From contig OX597814.1 in assembly GCA_951406725.2 (NCBI GenBank), positions 171,554,001-171,618,000 of the forward strand: 64,000 bases of DNA. Reading direction: 5' to 3'. The position numbers were made by a program, and so were the translations under genes. The DNA comes from Octopus vulgaris (Eukaryota). How positions within the stretch are numbered: position 1 is the stretch's first letter; every line of letters starts with the position of its first letter. Under the pieces are notes generated by a model, which saw only the letters and a program-made list of their open reading frames with translations, made no database searches and was not told the origin of the DNA. Positions 27,936 through 41,513 of the stretch are shown here, piece after piece.

Positions 27936-28246
27936 ATTATTAATATATATTTATTTTTCACGACATATGGCTTACAAATTTGGTGGAAGAAAGCAGTCGA
28001 CTTGACCAACCAAGTACTTTTGATCGCTGGTGTATTTTATGAACTCTGGAGTGACGCAAGCCAGTATCTTTCGAACGGCGGCATTTGCTGCGACACCTTA
28101 AATTAAGTATGCATGCATGTATGTGTGTGTGTGTATACATATACATACATATATATATTCATATATATGTACATATATAGATGTAGATATATATCTATTG
28201 ATTCTATCTTTTTACCAATTCATTCCTCTCTGTCTCTGTCTGTCTG

Positions 28247-28327
<81 letters not shown>

Positions 28328-28329
<2 letters not shown>

Positions 28330-28590
28330 CTCTTTTGCTCTTTTGCTCTTTTACTTGTTCAGTCATTTTGACTATGGCCATGCTGGAACAAATCGACCCC
28401 AGGTCTTATTCTTTGTAAGCCTAGTACTTATTTTACACACACACGCACACAAATATACGGCGGGCCTCTATCAGTTCCCATCTACCTAATCTACTCACAT
28501 GGCTTTGGTCGGTCCGAAGCTATAGTAGAAGAAACTTGGCCAAGGTGCCACGCAGTGGGACTGAGCCCAGAACCATGTGGTTGGGAAGCA
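28328..28590 (-). mobile_element. SINE-A, internally deleted
   Basis: Family alignment. Confidence 0.8.
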
Positions 28591-28699
28591 TTTTCTCAGA
28601 GTCTTCGAAAGCTTAGTGTGATGGGTTTTACTGGTACAGAAAAATTATTCTCCCACTTTCTTACTTGCGTGGAAGTGAACCTTCCTCATCCCATATATA

Positions 28700-28864
28700 T
28701 AAGATGTCCATAAATTACCATTACAATTTAATAATTCATGTAAAAAAAAATGAAAGATAAGGATAACCCAGCGTAGTTCACCAGAAAACATTGCCAAATG
28801 AATACAGTTTTATTAGAAATATCAGAACATTTCCATACGGGCTCCATTTGTTGTACGAAATAAT
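28700..28864 (+). mobile_element. Tc1/mariner-type MITE, truncated
   Basis: Begins with TIR-like GTCCATAAATTA..TACAA; interior is the reverse complement of 29748-29826. Confidence 0.6.
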
Positions 28865-28905
28865 GCAATATAATAGTCAAATCGAATAATCGAACGTTAA
28901 AACTA

Positions 28906-29138
28906 TCTGTTTCTTTATTACCCACAAGGGGCTATACATAGAGAGGACAAACAAGGACAGACAAAGGGATTAGGTCGATTACATCGACCCCAGTGCGTAA
29001 CTAGTACTTAATTTATCGACCCCGAAAGGATGAAAGGCAAAGTCGACCTCGGCGGAATTTGAACTCAGAATGCAACGGCGGGCAAAATACCGCTTAGCAT
29101 TTCGTCCGGCGTGCTAACGATTCTGCCTGCTCGCCGCC
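28906..29138 (-). mobile_element. SINE-B full-length copy with 40-bp flanking direct repeats
   Basis: Direct repeats at 28866-28905 and 29150-29189 (37/40 identical). Confidence 0.9.
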
Positions 29139-29426
29139 TTAACTAGCTACAATATAATGGTGAATTCGAATAATCGAACGTTAAAACTAACAATAACCAA
29201 CTCGTGGAATGTATTAGTTTGACGTTGGGTAAAAAGAAAGAGAGTTTTTGACTCAAAAACAGCTCATCCTCAGAAAGAAGAACAGAAAAGTCCAGAGAAG
29301 GAAAAATATCACGAAGAGCATGAAGTTAGCGAGGGTGGAAAGAGATGGAGGAAAGTCGTTTTTTTTTTGGACAGGAGTGTGCGAAAATGTCCAGTGTGTG
29401 TGGTAGTATCTGTGTCTGAGTGATGC

Positions 29427-29496
<70 letters not shown>

Positions 29497-29700
29497 TGTC
29501 TTTGTCCCAAACCACTGCTTGACAACCGGTGTTGGTGTGTTTAAATTCCTGTAAACTAGCGGTTCGGCAATAGAAAAACCAGTAGAATCGTGCCAAGCTT
29601 TAAAAACAATTAAGTACTAAGGTCTGTCTATTCGTACAATCAATATTGTTCAAGACGATGCCCGAACATGGCCTCAGTCTAACGGCTGAAACTAGTGATG

Positions 29701-29830
29701 CAGGGCGTCCATAAATTATCTGTACAACTTCTATTTATGGTATCTAATTATTTCGTACAACGAATGGAGCCCGTATGGAAGTGCTCTGATATTTCTAATA
29801 AAACTATTCATTTGCCAATGTTTTCTGTAC
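29701..29830 (-). mobile_element. Second, inverted copy of the same MITE
   Basis: CAGGGCGTCCATAAATTATCTGTACAA terminus. Confidence 0.6.
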
Positions 29831-29992
29831 ATTCATCTCGTGTGTTTACCTATTTTTCACTCGTTGGTGATGACCAACACTTAATGTGTAATTTTTATTT
29901 ATTTACAGCTGAACGCCACGCAGCCTTGTCCACAATCAGTTCTTACATTTATATATATATATATATAGACACGTATATATCTATCTATCTAT

Positions 29993-30026
<34 letters not shown>

Positions 30027-30163
30027 GCGATGGGTTATCCATTGACAAGGCTTTGTTGGGTCCAATGCTATTATAGTCCAAGATACCAGGCAGCGGGACT
30101 GAACCCAGAACCATGTAGTTGGGAAGCAAGCTTAGAAATATATGCTTATTTTCAAATATATAT

Positions 30164-30210
<47 letters not shown>

Positions 30211-30240
30211 CACACACACACACATGCACACACACACATA

Positions 30241-30427
30241 TAGTTGAAAATTACAGAAAAACAAAAGACGAAGATAGGTACATGAACAACAAGCAGGCGT
30301 ATTAGTTTGACGCTCGGGGAAGTGAGGAAGTCTTTTACGTTTCGAGCCTATGCTCTTCAACAGAAAGGAATAAGAGAAAATAAACAGAGAGAGAATAGAA
30401 AAAGCTTGTGGATTTAACGATCAAGCT
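30241..30427 (-). mobile_element. Hammerhead-bearing short element, family 2
   Basis: Homologous to 48233-48440; 3' end AACTA adjoins a TA/TG array. Confidence 0.8.
30332..30367 (-). ncRNA. Minimal hammerhead ribozyme motif, variant core CUGUUGA
   Basis: CTTT-CTGTTGA-A-GAGC-ATAG-GCTC-GAAAC-GTA-AAAG. Confidence 0.7.
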
Positions 30428-30585
30428 ATATATGTATATTTATTTATTTATTTATTTATTGATATATATTGTTTTAAAACATTTTCTATATGCTTTTGCT
30501 TATACGCACACAAACATATCATGTGTGTATGTACATGTGTAGATGCCCTCAAACATATATACGATGGTTTCTTTTGTCGTATATG

Positions 30586-30649
<64 letters not shown>

Positions 30650-30650
<1 letters not shown>

Positions 30651-31027
30651 TCTTTATACTCTTTTACTCTTTTACTTGTTTCAGTCATTTGACTGCGGCC
30701 ATGCTGGAGCACCACCTTTAATACTTATTCTATCGGTCTCTTTTTGCCGAACCGCTAAGTGACGGGGACGTAAACACACCAGCATCGGTTGTCAAGCAAT
30801 GCTAGGGGGACAAACACAGACACACAAACAAACACACATACATATATATATATATACATATATACAACGGGCTTCTTTCAGTTTCCGTCTACCAAATCCA
30901 CTCACAAGGCATTGGTCGGCCCGGGGCTATAGCAGAAGACACTTGCCCAAGATGCCACGCAGTGGGACTGAACCCGCAACCGTGTGGTTGGTTAGCAAGC
31001 TACTTACCACACAGCCACTCCTGCGCC
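30650..31027 (-). mobile_element. SINE-A near full-length
   Basis: tRNA-like head, CATCTTGGGCAAGT CORE-like motif, (TAAAAGAG)n tail. Confidence 0.9.
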
Positions 31028-31417
31028 TATACATACATATATACCGGAGTAAACACATAAATGTTTATATATATATATAAATACATACAAACACACATGT
31101 ATACTCACACGCATAAACCGACATACTTTTTACATATTTGAACGCAATCTAAGAGTGCCTGCAGATATATGCTGTTCGTGCACACAGGCTTATCATAACT
31201 TCCTCTGTGGAATGATTGGCCTTAAGTTGAAATGCTGGCAACTTGACGAATGTTCAAAGAATGACTTTATTCCTTGATAAGTTACCAATCTTGAAGACAC
31301 TTCCGCTTGTTTTTTTGAGGAATTGACATGAGAAATAATTTAAAATATGTTACGAAATTAATCCAATATTCATCTTGTACATGCTGATGGATATCTGTAT
31401 ACTTGCATGTCATTCTG

Positions 31418-31494
<77 letters not shown>

Positions 31495-31689
31495 TTCTTC
31501 CGGTTCTTTCCTGTTTCTGTATACGTTTCCGCACATGCACAAACACAGGCACACTTGCGTAGATATACATAGTCTTTACGATATATGTCTGAAACATTTT
31601 GTTAATTAATATTGCACGGAACTACATGTACACATGCACCCAACACAGCTAAACACATATACACGTGTGCGAATAAATATGCGCACACG

Positions 31690-31723
<34 letters not shown>

Positions 31724-31800
31724 TATATACACACACAACTAGATACATACATTCATATATATATATGTTTAAGCATACATACATATACACATATACACAT

Positions 31801-31908
<108 letters not shown>

Positions 31909-31943
31909 ATGAGTATATGTATATGTATGCAAAAGTACATGTA

Positions 31944-31980
<37 letters not shown>

Positions 31981-31982
<2 letters not shown>

Positions 31983-32388
31983 GCGTGGCTGTGTAGTAAG
32001 AAGCTTCCTTCCCAGCCATATATTTACGGGTTCAGTCCCACTGCGTGTCACCTTGAGCAAGTGTCTTCTACCATAACCTCAGGCCGATCAAATCCTTGTG
32101 AGTGGATTTGGTAGACGGAAACTGAAAGAAGCCTGTCGTATATATGTGTGTGCATGTGTTTATGTGTATGGGTCTGTGTTTGTTTCTCCCGGCATCACTT
32201 GATAACCGATGCTGGTGATTTTATATCCCCGTAACATAGCAGTTCGGCAACAAGGCCCGATAGAATAAGTGCTAGGCTTACGAAGGATAAATCCCGGGGT
32301 CGATTTCTTCAACTAAAATACTTTACACACATACGGTCGTCCAGCATGGCCGCAGTCAAATGGGTGAAACAAGTGAAGAAGTAAAAGA
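31981..32388 (+). mobile_element. SINE-A full-length
   Basis: A box TGGCTGTGTAG, B box GGTTCAGTCCC, complete tail. Confidence 0.9.
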
Positions 32389-32488
32389 ATAATACGGTAC
32401 ACATACAATTCACACGTTCATAGATACACAGAAATACACATAACATACATAACACACACAGCTCTGTGTATGTATGTGTGTGTTTGTG

Positions 32489-32605
<117 letters not shown>

Positions 32606-32810
32606 GGATAAGATCGTTAATTTAAATATCGATCTTATCAAGTGAAGTCAGAAATCCGGGATCTGGTTTTATCCAGTAATTTGTTGCTAGTTTGTTTTGT
32701 CTTTTCGTCTTCTCTCCTTGTGCTGTATGAACACTTAACTGTAGTTTTAGAGTCAGGTTTTGGCTGTTATTTCCAGCGTGGCGATATCTCTTAGATACGC
32801 TAAATTATAA

Positions 32811-32903
<93 letters not shown>

Positions 32904-32907
<4 letters not shown>

Positions 32908-33105
32908 AATCCAAACAAGAAAGCACAAAAAAATACAACAACACGACGTGGAACAAATATAGCATTATTGGACGCTCAGGAAAGAAGGAAAGAAGGAGGG
33001 TTTAACGTTTCGAGCGGAGCTCTTCGTCGGAAACATAGGAGAAGGAAAGATCCAGAGAAGAGTAGACAGAGGGAAAAAATCGCCAACGGTACACACGAGG
33101 TCACA
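32904..33105 (-). mobile_element. Hammerhead-bearing short element, family 1 (motif at 33000-33034, core CCGACGA)
   Basis: GTTT-CCGACGA-A-GAGC-TCC-GCTC-GAAAC-GTT-AAAC; same termini as 60644-60853; microsatellites on both sides. Confidence 0.8.
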
Positions 33106-33141
33106 TTTATATATATATATAAACATTTATGTGTTTACTCC

Positions 33142-33214
<73 letters not shown>

Positions 33215-33702
33215 TGGCAGTTACCATGTCTTCTCTTAATTCGGTTTCAAATGCCGGCGTTAGGTCCAGAAAAGAATGCTATAAATAACTGTTTAATAAA
33301 ATTATAGATGTGAAAAATCTCCTTTCTCCTTATCATTATTGATAGTAGATATATATATATCTATATACATACAACCTTCGACAGAGTAACAGTCATATAC
33401 ATAACTTGAACAGACACACATAACAGTACATAAACCTAAGTTCACATGTACATACACATACACATACACATACACACAGACACGTCTACACACTTACCTA
33501 GATACTCACATACACAAGTATATACGTACATACATAAATACATGCGTATAGACATGCACACACGCGTATACATGTACACATATGCATACGCACATACTTA
33601 CATGGACACATACATACGTACATACATACATGCTCACATACATACATACATACATACATACATACATACATACATACATACATACATACATACATACATA
33701 CA

Positions 33703-33733
<31 letters not shown>

Positions 33734-33959
33734 CATGAACTAACTGTTACTTTCTCAGATGCAGCACGGAATTTCGTCAGTGAACAGGTCGCGGTCTCAA
33801 CGCGACGAAAATATTACAAATTAAATTGAAATGTTGAAGTGAATCTAACGGTTTTTGTGTGATTTTAAATGGTTTATAAACACCTTCCACGCTGCAACTG
33901 TTTTTGTTTCAGCACATGATCTCAGATCAGGTCACGTGCTGTGCAAGCACATCTCCGTG

Positions 33960-33996
<37 letters not shown>

Positions 33997-33997
<1 letters not shown>

Positions 33998-34354
33998 GAG
34001 ATAAACGCTCCCCGTCCGATGGACGGTGCTGAGTTGTGGAACATTTAAACCAAATTTTCTCGGGCAGCGTATGCACGATTAAATTCATTTATTCTTTGGA
34101 GCCGAGAGTCCTGCCATTCGAGGATTTTCTCGCGTACGCGTAGTAATCGATCGCTGATGTACTTGCGCGTACAAATGCACGTTCTCACAGCTTTATCGAT
34201 CACATTCTCACCTGGAATCGCTTTTTGTAATTTTGTTCAAAACTTATACGCGCCCTGATACCGTCGGTATCCACATATCAAAATTGAGCGCAATCGGATG
34301 GAGGATGCCCGAGATCCTAGAAGACACACAGACAGACAGACAGAACGGATTTTA

Positions 34355-34362
<8 letters not shown>
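33997..34362 (-). mobile_element. Non-autonomous Helitron-like element
   Basis: Minus strand: TATAAAATCCG..(CTGT)n 5' region; 3' hairpin CCGTCC-ATC-GGACGG, then CTCG|T (CTAG with one change). Confidence 0.65.
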
Positions 34363-34413
<51 letters not shown>

Positions 34414-34414
34414 G

Positions 34415-34467
<53 letters not shown>

Positions 34468-34480
34468 GTATGGATGTATG

Positions 34481-34520
<40 letters not shown>

Positions 34521-35321
34521 AAAACTTTTGAACTGTATGAATTAGGTGTTGGCACATATATACGTCGGGTAAAGGCAATTGACACAAACACACGCACATA
34601 CACACACATGCATATACGCAGGAACAGAACTCTTATATAAGTACAGTGGAAGCTGTACTGCCAGTTCGCATGTTCTCACTCGCACGCACTCACATATCGT
34701 TTGATTAATCAATGGAAAGAAATATTTTGAGATTAAGTGGATTATATTAAGCATAATTTTTTTTTTCTGGTTAGAATATATGTCACATCTGGCTCTCTTA
34801 AATATTAATCCTATATTTAATTCTGATTTGTAGGTGGAGTAAATATTTGGAGTAAACCCGTTTTGGTTTACAAATGAGAAATTGCGTTGGAAGTTCAACA
34901 CCAAACTTCTAAAAGCCAAATACAAATAATACCACACATGCGAACATGTGTGATAAAGTGGATAGGACGAATCCATATCGGTAGCTTGAACAGCTTAAAA
35001 TAGAAGATAAATTTCCCTCAAAACCACGCTTCCATCTTGAAAAGGCAGGTATTGGATAACGTTGTTTTAGCTATGAACTGCTATCAGTCAAGACGGTATT
35101 GGGCCTAAACAACGATGTTTTTCAAAATAGCTCTTATGTAAGTTTGTGCTCATTATAGAGGTTTGAGCAGTTTTAGTTAAATAAAATGGCTCGGATCTTT
35201 CATTTCTCAATAGAAAGGGATGAACGGCACCAAACTGAGTGTTTCATTACATCCGTTTGAAGACGACGCCTTCTTTGCTGATCCAATGATACCTAGAAAG
35301 TCACAGGTTATATATATATAT

Positions 35322-35538
35322 ATTTCTTTATTGCCCACAAGGGGCTAAACATGGAGGGGGCAAACAAAGACAGACTAAGGGATTAAGTCGATTTCATCGT
35401 CCCCCAGTGCGTAACTGGTACTTTATTTATCGACCCCGAAAGGATGAAAGACAAAGTCGACCTCGGTAGAATTTGAACTCAGAACGTAATGGCTAAGCAT
35501 TTCGCCCGGCGCGCTAACGTTTCTGACAGCTCGCCACC
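35322..35538 (-). mobile_element. SINE-B copy
   Basis: Flanking direct repeat CAGGTTATATATATATA. Confidence 0.85.
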
Positions 35539-35570
35539 TTCATAACAGCTCGCAGGTTATATATATATAG

Positions 35571-35610
<40 letters not shown>

Positions 35611-35611
<1 letters not shown>

Positions 35612-35969
35612 CTCTTTTACTCTTTTACTTGTTTTAGTCATTTGACTGTGGCCATGATGGAGCACCGCCTTTAGTCGAGCAAATCGACCCCAGGAATTAT
35701 TCTTTTTTAACCCTAGTACTTATTCTATCGTTCTCTTTTGCAGAACCGCTAAGTCACGGGGACGTAAACAGCATCGGTTGTCAAGCGATTTTGGGGGGAC
35801 AAACACAGACACACAAACATACACATACACACACATATAATAGAATAGGCGTGCCGGTGTGGTGAGAAGCCTGCTTTCCAACCACATGGTTCCGGGTTGA
35901 ATCTCACTGCGTGGTACCTTGGACAAATGTCTTCTACCATAGCCTCGGGCCGACCAAAGAAGCCCATCG

Positions 35970-35970
<1 letters not shown>
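35611..35970. mobile_element. Two SINE-A halves in opposite orientation
   Basis: Tail half on minus at 35611-35820; head half on plus at 35848-35970. Confidence 0.75.
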
Positions 35971-36009
<39 letters not shown>

Positions 36010-36520
36010 CACACATATGTGTGTGTGTGTATGCATATATGTATATGGGCTCGCACATGCATTTTATAAAACATAAAATACCAAATGTCATACATGCTTT
36101 CTGTATGTGATTAATCCTCTTGGGTGGCTCGTATTCCGCACACTAACCTATCCTGTGGTTTTATTCCCCGCGTCGTATCATACGGAATATTGAAGTGGAG
36201 TGAGGGACCAACTGCTGAGCCCGAACTTCAGTTACTTGTCGCGCCTCACAACGCGCGCACACACGCACACACATACGCGCGTGCGCATTTATATAATCAT
36301 ACACAGCAGAAGTGCACAAAAGAGAATTCAGCTAACCTAGGAACCTCAACGCGGTTGTTCGCTCCACTAGAAATCTCACCCTTTCTCGAATCACCCACGT
36401 CGAACCTCCCATCTTGTATTCTTGCTAGATATGTGGTTCTCTCTCCCTGTCTCTCTCTCTCTTTTTTTCTGTCTCTCTACTGTTATCCTGATGTTCTCCG
36501 CGCTGTTAATGATGCTTTCT

Positions 36521-37278
36521 ATTATAGACATAAAGCCTGAAATTTGGGGGAGGGGGATAATCGATTACAGCGACCCCAGTACTCAACTAGTACTTAATTT
36601 ATCGACCCCGAAAGAATGAAAGGTATAGTCGACTTCGGCGGCATTTGAACTGAGAACGATGCTTTTCTACTCTAGGCACAAAGCCCGAAATTTCGGGGGA
36701 GTGGGGCCAGTCGATTATATCGACCTCAGTACTCAACTGGTACATAATTTATTTGATCCCGAAAGGATGAAAGGCAAAGTCGACCTCGGCGGAATTTGAA
36801 CTCAGTACGTAGCGGCAGACGAAATACCTATTTCTTTACTACCCACAAGGGGCTAAACACAGAGAGGACAAACAAGGACAAACAAACGGATTAAGTGGAT
36901 TATATCGACCCCAGTGCGTAACTGGTACTTATTTAATCGACCCCGAAAGGATGAAAGGCAAAGTCGACCTCGGCGGAATTTGAACTCGGAATGTAGCGGC
37001 AGACGAAATACCGCTAAGCATTCCACCCTGCGTGCTAACGTTTCTTATTTCTTTATTGCCTACAAGGGGCTAAAACATAGAGGGGACAAACAAGGACAGA
37101 CAAAGGGATTAAGTCGATTACAACGACCCCAGCGCGTAACTGATACTTAATTTATTGACTCTGAAAGGATGAAAGGTAAAGTCGACCTCGGCGGAATTTG
37201 AACTCAGAACATAAAGACAGTCGAAATGCTGCTAAGCATTTCAACCGGCGTGCCAACGTTTCTGTCAGCTCGCCGCCT
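36521..37278 (-). mobile_element. SINE-B head-to-tail multimer (4 units, two tail types)
   Basis: Central domain recurs at ~36600, 36760, 36940 and 37160; junctions at ~36660, 36821 and 37040. Confidence 0.9.
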
Positions 37279-38070
37279 TCCGCACTGTTAGTAATGTTTG
37301 TACATTTGTTATTTTTGATAATTTATCATTGTATAACACACAGTAAGTTCTGACTGAGCAAGCGTATAATCAAAGGCGTTCTAGCAAGGACCATCCTGTC
37401 TTTTGACGGATGGTTTGGATTACGTCATCCAAATATATCATTTGTATGTGATTCGTTGGGGATTTAGCTTCTATGTCTAGCAGGTACAGTGACTGCGTGG
37501 AGGTTCCATCACTGGTCGTTGATAACGTCAGAGTTATCACTATCGTAGCCGTTGCGGTTCTTATCATCGTAGCCGTACTTGCTTTTGTTATCATCGACTC
37601 GTTAGCAGTGGCTTCCAATGAAACAAGACAATAACGGTCCCATCCATCGGTAGGTAGGCAGGGCTTCTAAGTGCGTCTCTCTACCACAGCAGATCATAAA
37701 ATGCTGTCACCTAATTAATTATCGCGGTTTCAATCTATATGTGAGCAAGGCTAGTAATAATCAATGTTTAAAAGTCCATTTATATCCCCCTTGAGGTCTT
37801 CGTATGAATTAATTACGCTTGCAATCTCATTGCAATCAGTTTTCTTGCCTCCGCAGCAAATGAAAATGTTACGGCTATGGTTTATAATTACTCTGAGATT
37901 GGCTGCTATATATACATTGTACCTTTCCTCATGCCTATCCTTTCATTCCTCTCTGCCTCACTTGCTACCCCACCCTCCTTATCATTCCTTTCTTTTTTTC
38001 TCTCTCTCATATTATATAATCACATCTCTACTCTTTCCTGTTACTTCTTCTCAGACACACACACATTTTG

Positions 38071-38415
<345 letters not shown>

Positions 38416-38710
38416 TGCTGCTCCTTAATTTAATCAATCAGCCATTCAGTGAAGCTTTCTCTTTTCCCCTTTTCTCGCTCTGCCTATCTGTTACCCTCTC
38501 TGTTTCACTTTCTGTGTCTCTCTCTTTATGCCTTTCTCTCTCTCTCTCATTCTACTTCTCTCTCTCCCTCTCTCATTCTACTACTCTCTCTCTTCCTCCC
38601 TCTCTCTCTCCCTCCCCCTCTCTCTTTGTTATTCATCACCTATTTCTCAATGTTCCTGTCTCTCTCTCATTCTACTTCTCTCTCCCTCTCTCTCCCTCTC
38701 TCGCTCTGTT

Positions 38711-38768
<58 letters not shown>

Positions 38769-38773
38769 CCTCA

Positions 38774-38823
<50 letters not shown>

Positions 38824-38980
38824 TATACACACAGCACCACAGTTCTGAATTTGTTTCCTTCACAGCTTTAACTATCATTACATTAGATGTTTATTAGCGA
38901 TGTTACACTAAGGTCTCAAAAAGTTAATATTCTGACGGCCAAGTTCGAACCCAGCTGTAGCAATATTTTAATATGACATT

Positions 38981-39200
38981 AGGCGGCGAACTGGCAAGAC
39001 TGTTAGCACGCCCAGCAAAATGCTTAGCGGCAATTCGTCCGTCTTTACGTTCTGAGTTCGAATGCTGACGGGGGTCGACTTTGCCTTTTATCCTTTCAGG
39101 GAAGATAAAATAAGTGCCAGTTGAGCACATGGGTCGATGTAATCCATCTACTCCTACATCAGAACTTCTATTCTTGTCCCAAAATTTGAAATCAATATCA
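38981..39200 (+). mobile_element. SINE-B older copy (tail variant 2)
   Basis: Family alignment. Confidence 0.8.
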
Positions 39201-39292
39201 TTACAATATATTAAAATCAATAGCGCTAAATTTTAATTTATGGGGCTGTTTGGAAGACTGTGTGTAGAAATAGCATTCCAAGTGTATTTACC

Positions 39293-39707
39293 TATTTCTT
39301 TACTACCCACAAGGGGTTAAACACAGAGTTGACAAACAAGGAGAGGCAGACGGATTAAGTCGATTATATCGACTCCATTGCGTAACTGGTACTTAATTTA
39401 TCGACCCCGAAAGGATGAAAGGCAAAGTTGACCTCGGCGGAATTTGAACTCAGAACGTAACAGCAGACGAAATACCTATTTCTTTACTACCCACAAGTGG
39501 CTAAACACAGAGGAGACAAACAAGAACAGACAAACGGATTAAGTGGATTATATCGACCCCAGTGCGTAACTGGTACTTATTTAATCGACCCCGAAAGGAT
39601 GGAAGGCAAAGTCAACCTCGGCGGAATTTGAACTCAGAACGTAGCGGCAGACGAAATACCGCTAAGTATTTCACCCGGCGTGCTAACGTTTCAGCCAGCT
39701 CGCCGCC
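39293..39707 (-). mobile_element. SINE-B dimer inside a single 16-bp TSD pair
   Basis: ATTCCAAGTGTATTTA at 39275-39290 and 39714-39729. Confidence 0.9.
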
Positions 39708-39888
39708 TTTTGTATTCCAAGTGTATTTATCGTTTATCTTTTGTTTGTTTCAAATACTGGTCTGCGGCCATGCTAGAGCACTGTTTAGTCGAACAAATCA
39801 ACTCCAGTACTTACATTCTTTTAAAGTTTGGTACCTGTTCTATCGGATTTTTTTTTGTCAAACAGTTAACGTACAGATATGTAAACGA

Positions 39889-39975
39889 TATTAGTTCTTC
39901 GGGACCGTATTCCTCACCGCGAGGAGAGTGGTTATCTGTGGCAATTCGAGAGCTAATACATGCGACCGAGGCCGC
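39889..39975 (+). pseudogene. Short 18S rRNA-derived fragment (5' domain)
   Basis: 39929-39963 TGGTTATCTGTGGCAATTCGAGAGCTAATACATGC matches the conserved eukaryotic 18S tract TGGATAACTGTGGTAATTCTAGAGCTAATACATGC at 31/35. Confidence 0.75.
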
Positions 39976-40161
39976 GATTGCAGGTCGCATCTGGGCATAT
40001 GATATGATATGAATTATTTTCATCTCTGCGAAGTAAAGGAAAAGCAGAACATGGATAAAAAGCGCTTTCTTTATAGAAGGCTAGATAGATAGATAGACAG
40101 ACAGATATATAGATCAACAGAGAGACCGACAGACATATGGAAATGTATATAGATATACAGT

Positions 40162-40464
40162 GGAGGCGCAATGGCCTAGTGGTTAGGGCAGCGGACTCGC
40201 GGTCGCAGGATGGCAGTTCGATTCCCAGACCGGGCGTTGTGAGTGTTTATTGAGCGAAAACACCTAAAAAGCTCCACGAGGCTCCGGCAAGGGGTGGTGA
40301 TCCCTGCTGTACTCTTTCACCACTCTTTCTCCCACTCTTTCTTCGTTGGCCTGCTCGCTTAGCCAGCGGGGTGGTGTCATTCGAAGGCTAAAACAATGCG
40401 AACGCATTGTGACCAGCGATGTGTAACAACATCTGATGGTCTGGTCGGTCACGTGATCACGTGA
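40162..40464 (+). mobile_element. SINE-C2 (same head as C1, different 3' body)
   Basis: TSD TATAGATATACAG; ends in a repeated TCACGTGA unit. Confidence 0.9.
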
Positions 40465-41175
40465 TATAGATATACAGACTGAAAAATATAGAGAGATATA
40501 GTGACGGCTTGATAGTTGCAAATATAACTAAATAGATAGATCGATATATATAGTGTGAATACGTGAAATAATATAAAAAAAATACAGAAACGATATTAAG
40601 TACATGCTATAACATGTGTAAGCAAGTGTAAAAATAAGTAACATGTAGCTGAGCAATTGCCTTTGGGAAGGCCAATTGCTGTAAAAGGAAGGGGTTATTA
40701 AGCAATCCCCTCTAGTTTAGTAACAACGACAGCAACGATTTCTGGCTGTCACCTCGGCAGAAAAGAGGCGATTAAATGTGTGAATTTTGACACATTTATT
40801 GAGCATCGATCTATCAATCAGTTGTTCACTGAAGTTTATTTATTCTTCCTCTGCTCCTTAACTTGCCTTTGTCTATGTGTATTTATGTGCATGCGTATGC
40901 ATATGTGTGCATGTGTGTGTGTGTATGTGTGTGTGTGTGTGTGCATGTGCGAGTGTGTACGCGTGTACATTTTTGTATATATGAGTGTATCAAGGATACT
41001 AAGACATATTTCTACGTTCATCCCTCTTTCTCGCTCACTGTCTCTCTCTCTCTCTCTGTACATAAGTAGGCAAGTGCGAGTACACACACACACACAAAAT
41101 CATGCACGTATACGCTTATATTCACATACATACATTCATACATTTATATAAAATATTATTAAGTATGTATGTGTG

Positions 41176-41276
<101 letters not shown>

Positions 41277-41431
41277 GTACACAATCCTTTATACCGAAAT
41301 TTAAAGTATATATATATATACAACCCACACATACATACACACATACATATATATATACATACATACATGCATACATACATACATACATACATTCATACAT
41401 ATATATATATATATATATATACATACACACG

Positions 41432-41465
<34 letters not shown>

Positions 41466-41481
41466 TATATACATACACACG

Positions 41482-41513
<32 letters not shown>

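Noticed and set aside
33750-33820. Hammerhead-like CAGATGC...CGAAAA
   Set aside because: Too many core mismatches and no stem I or III.
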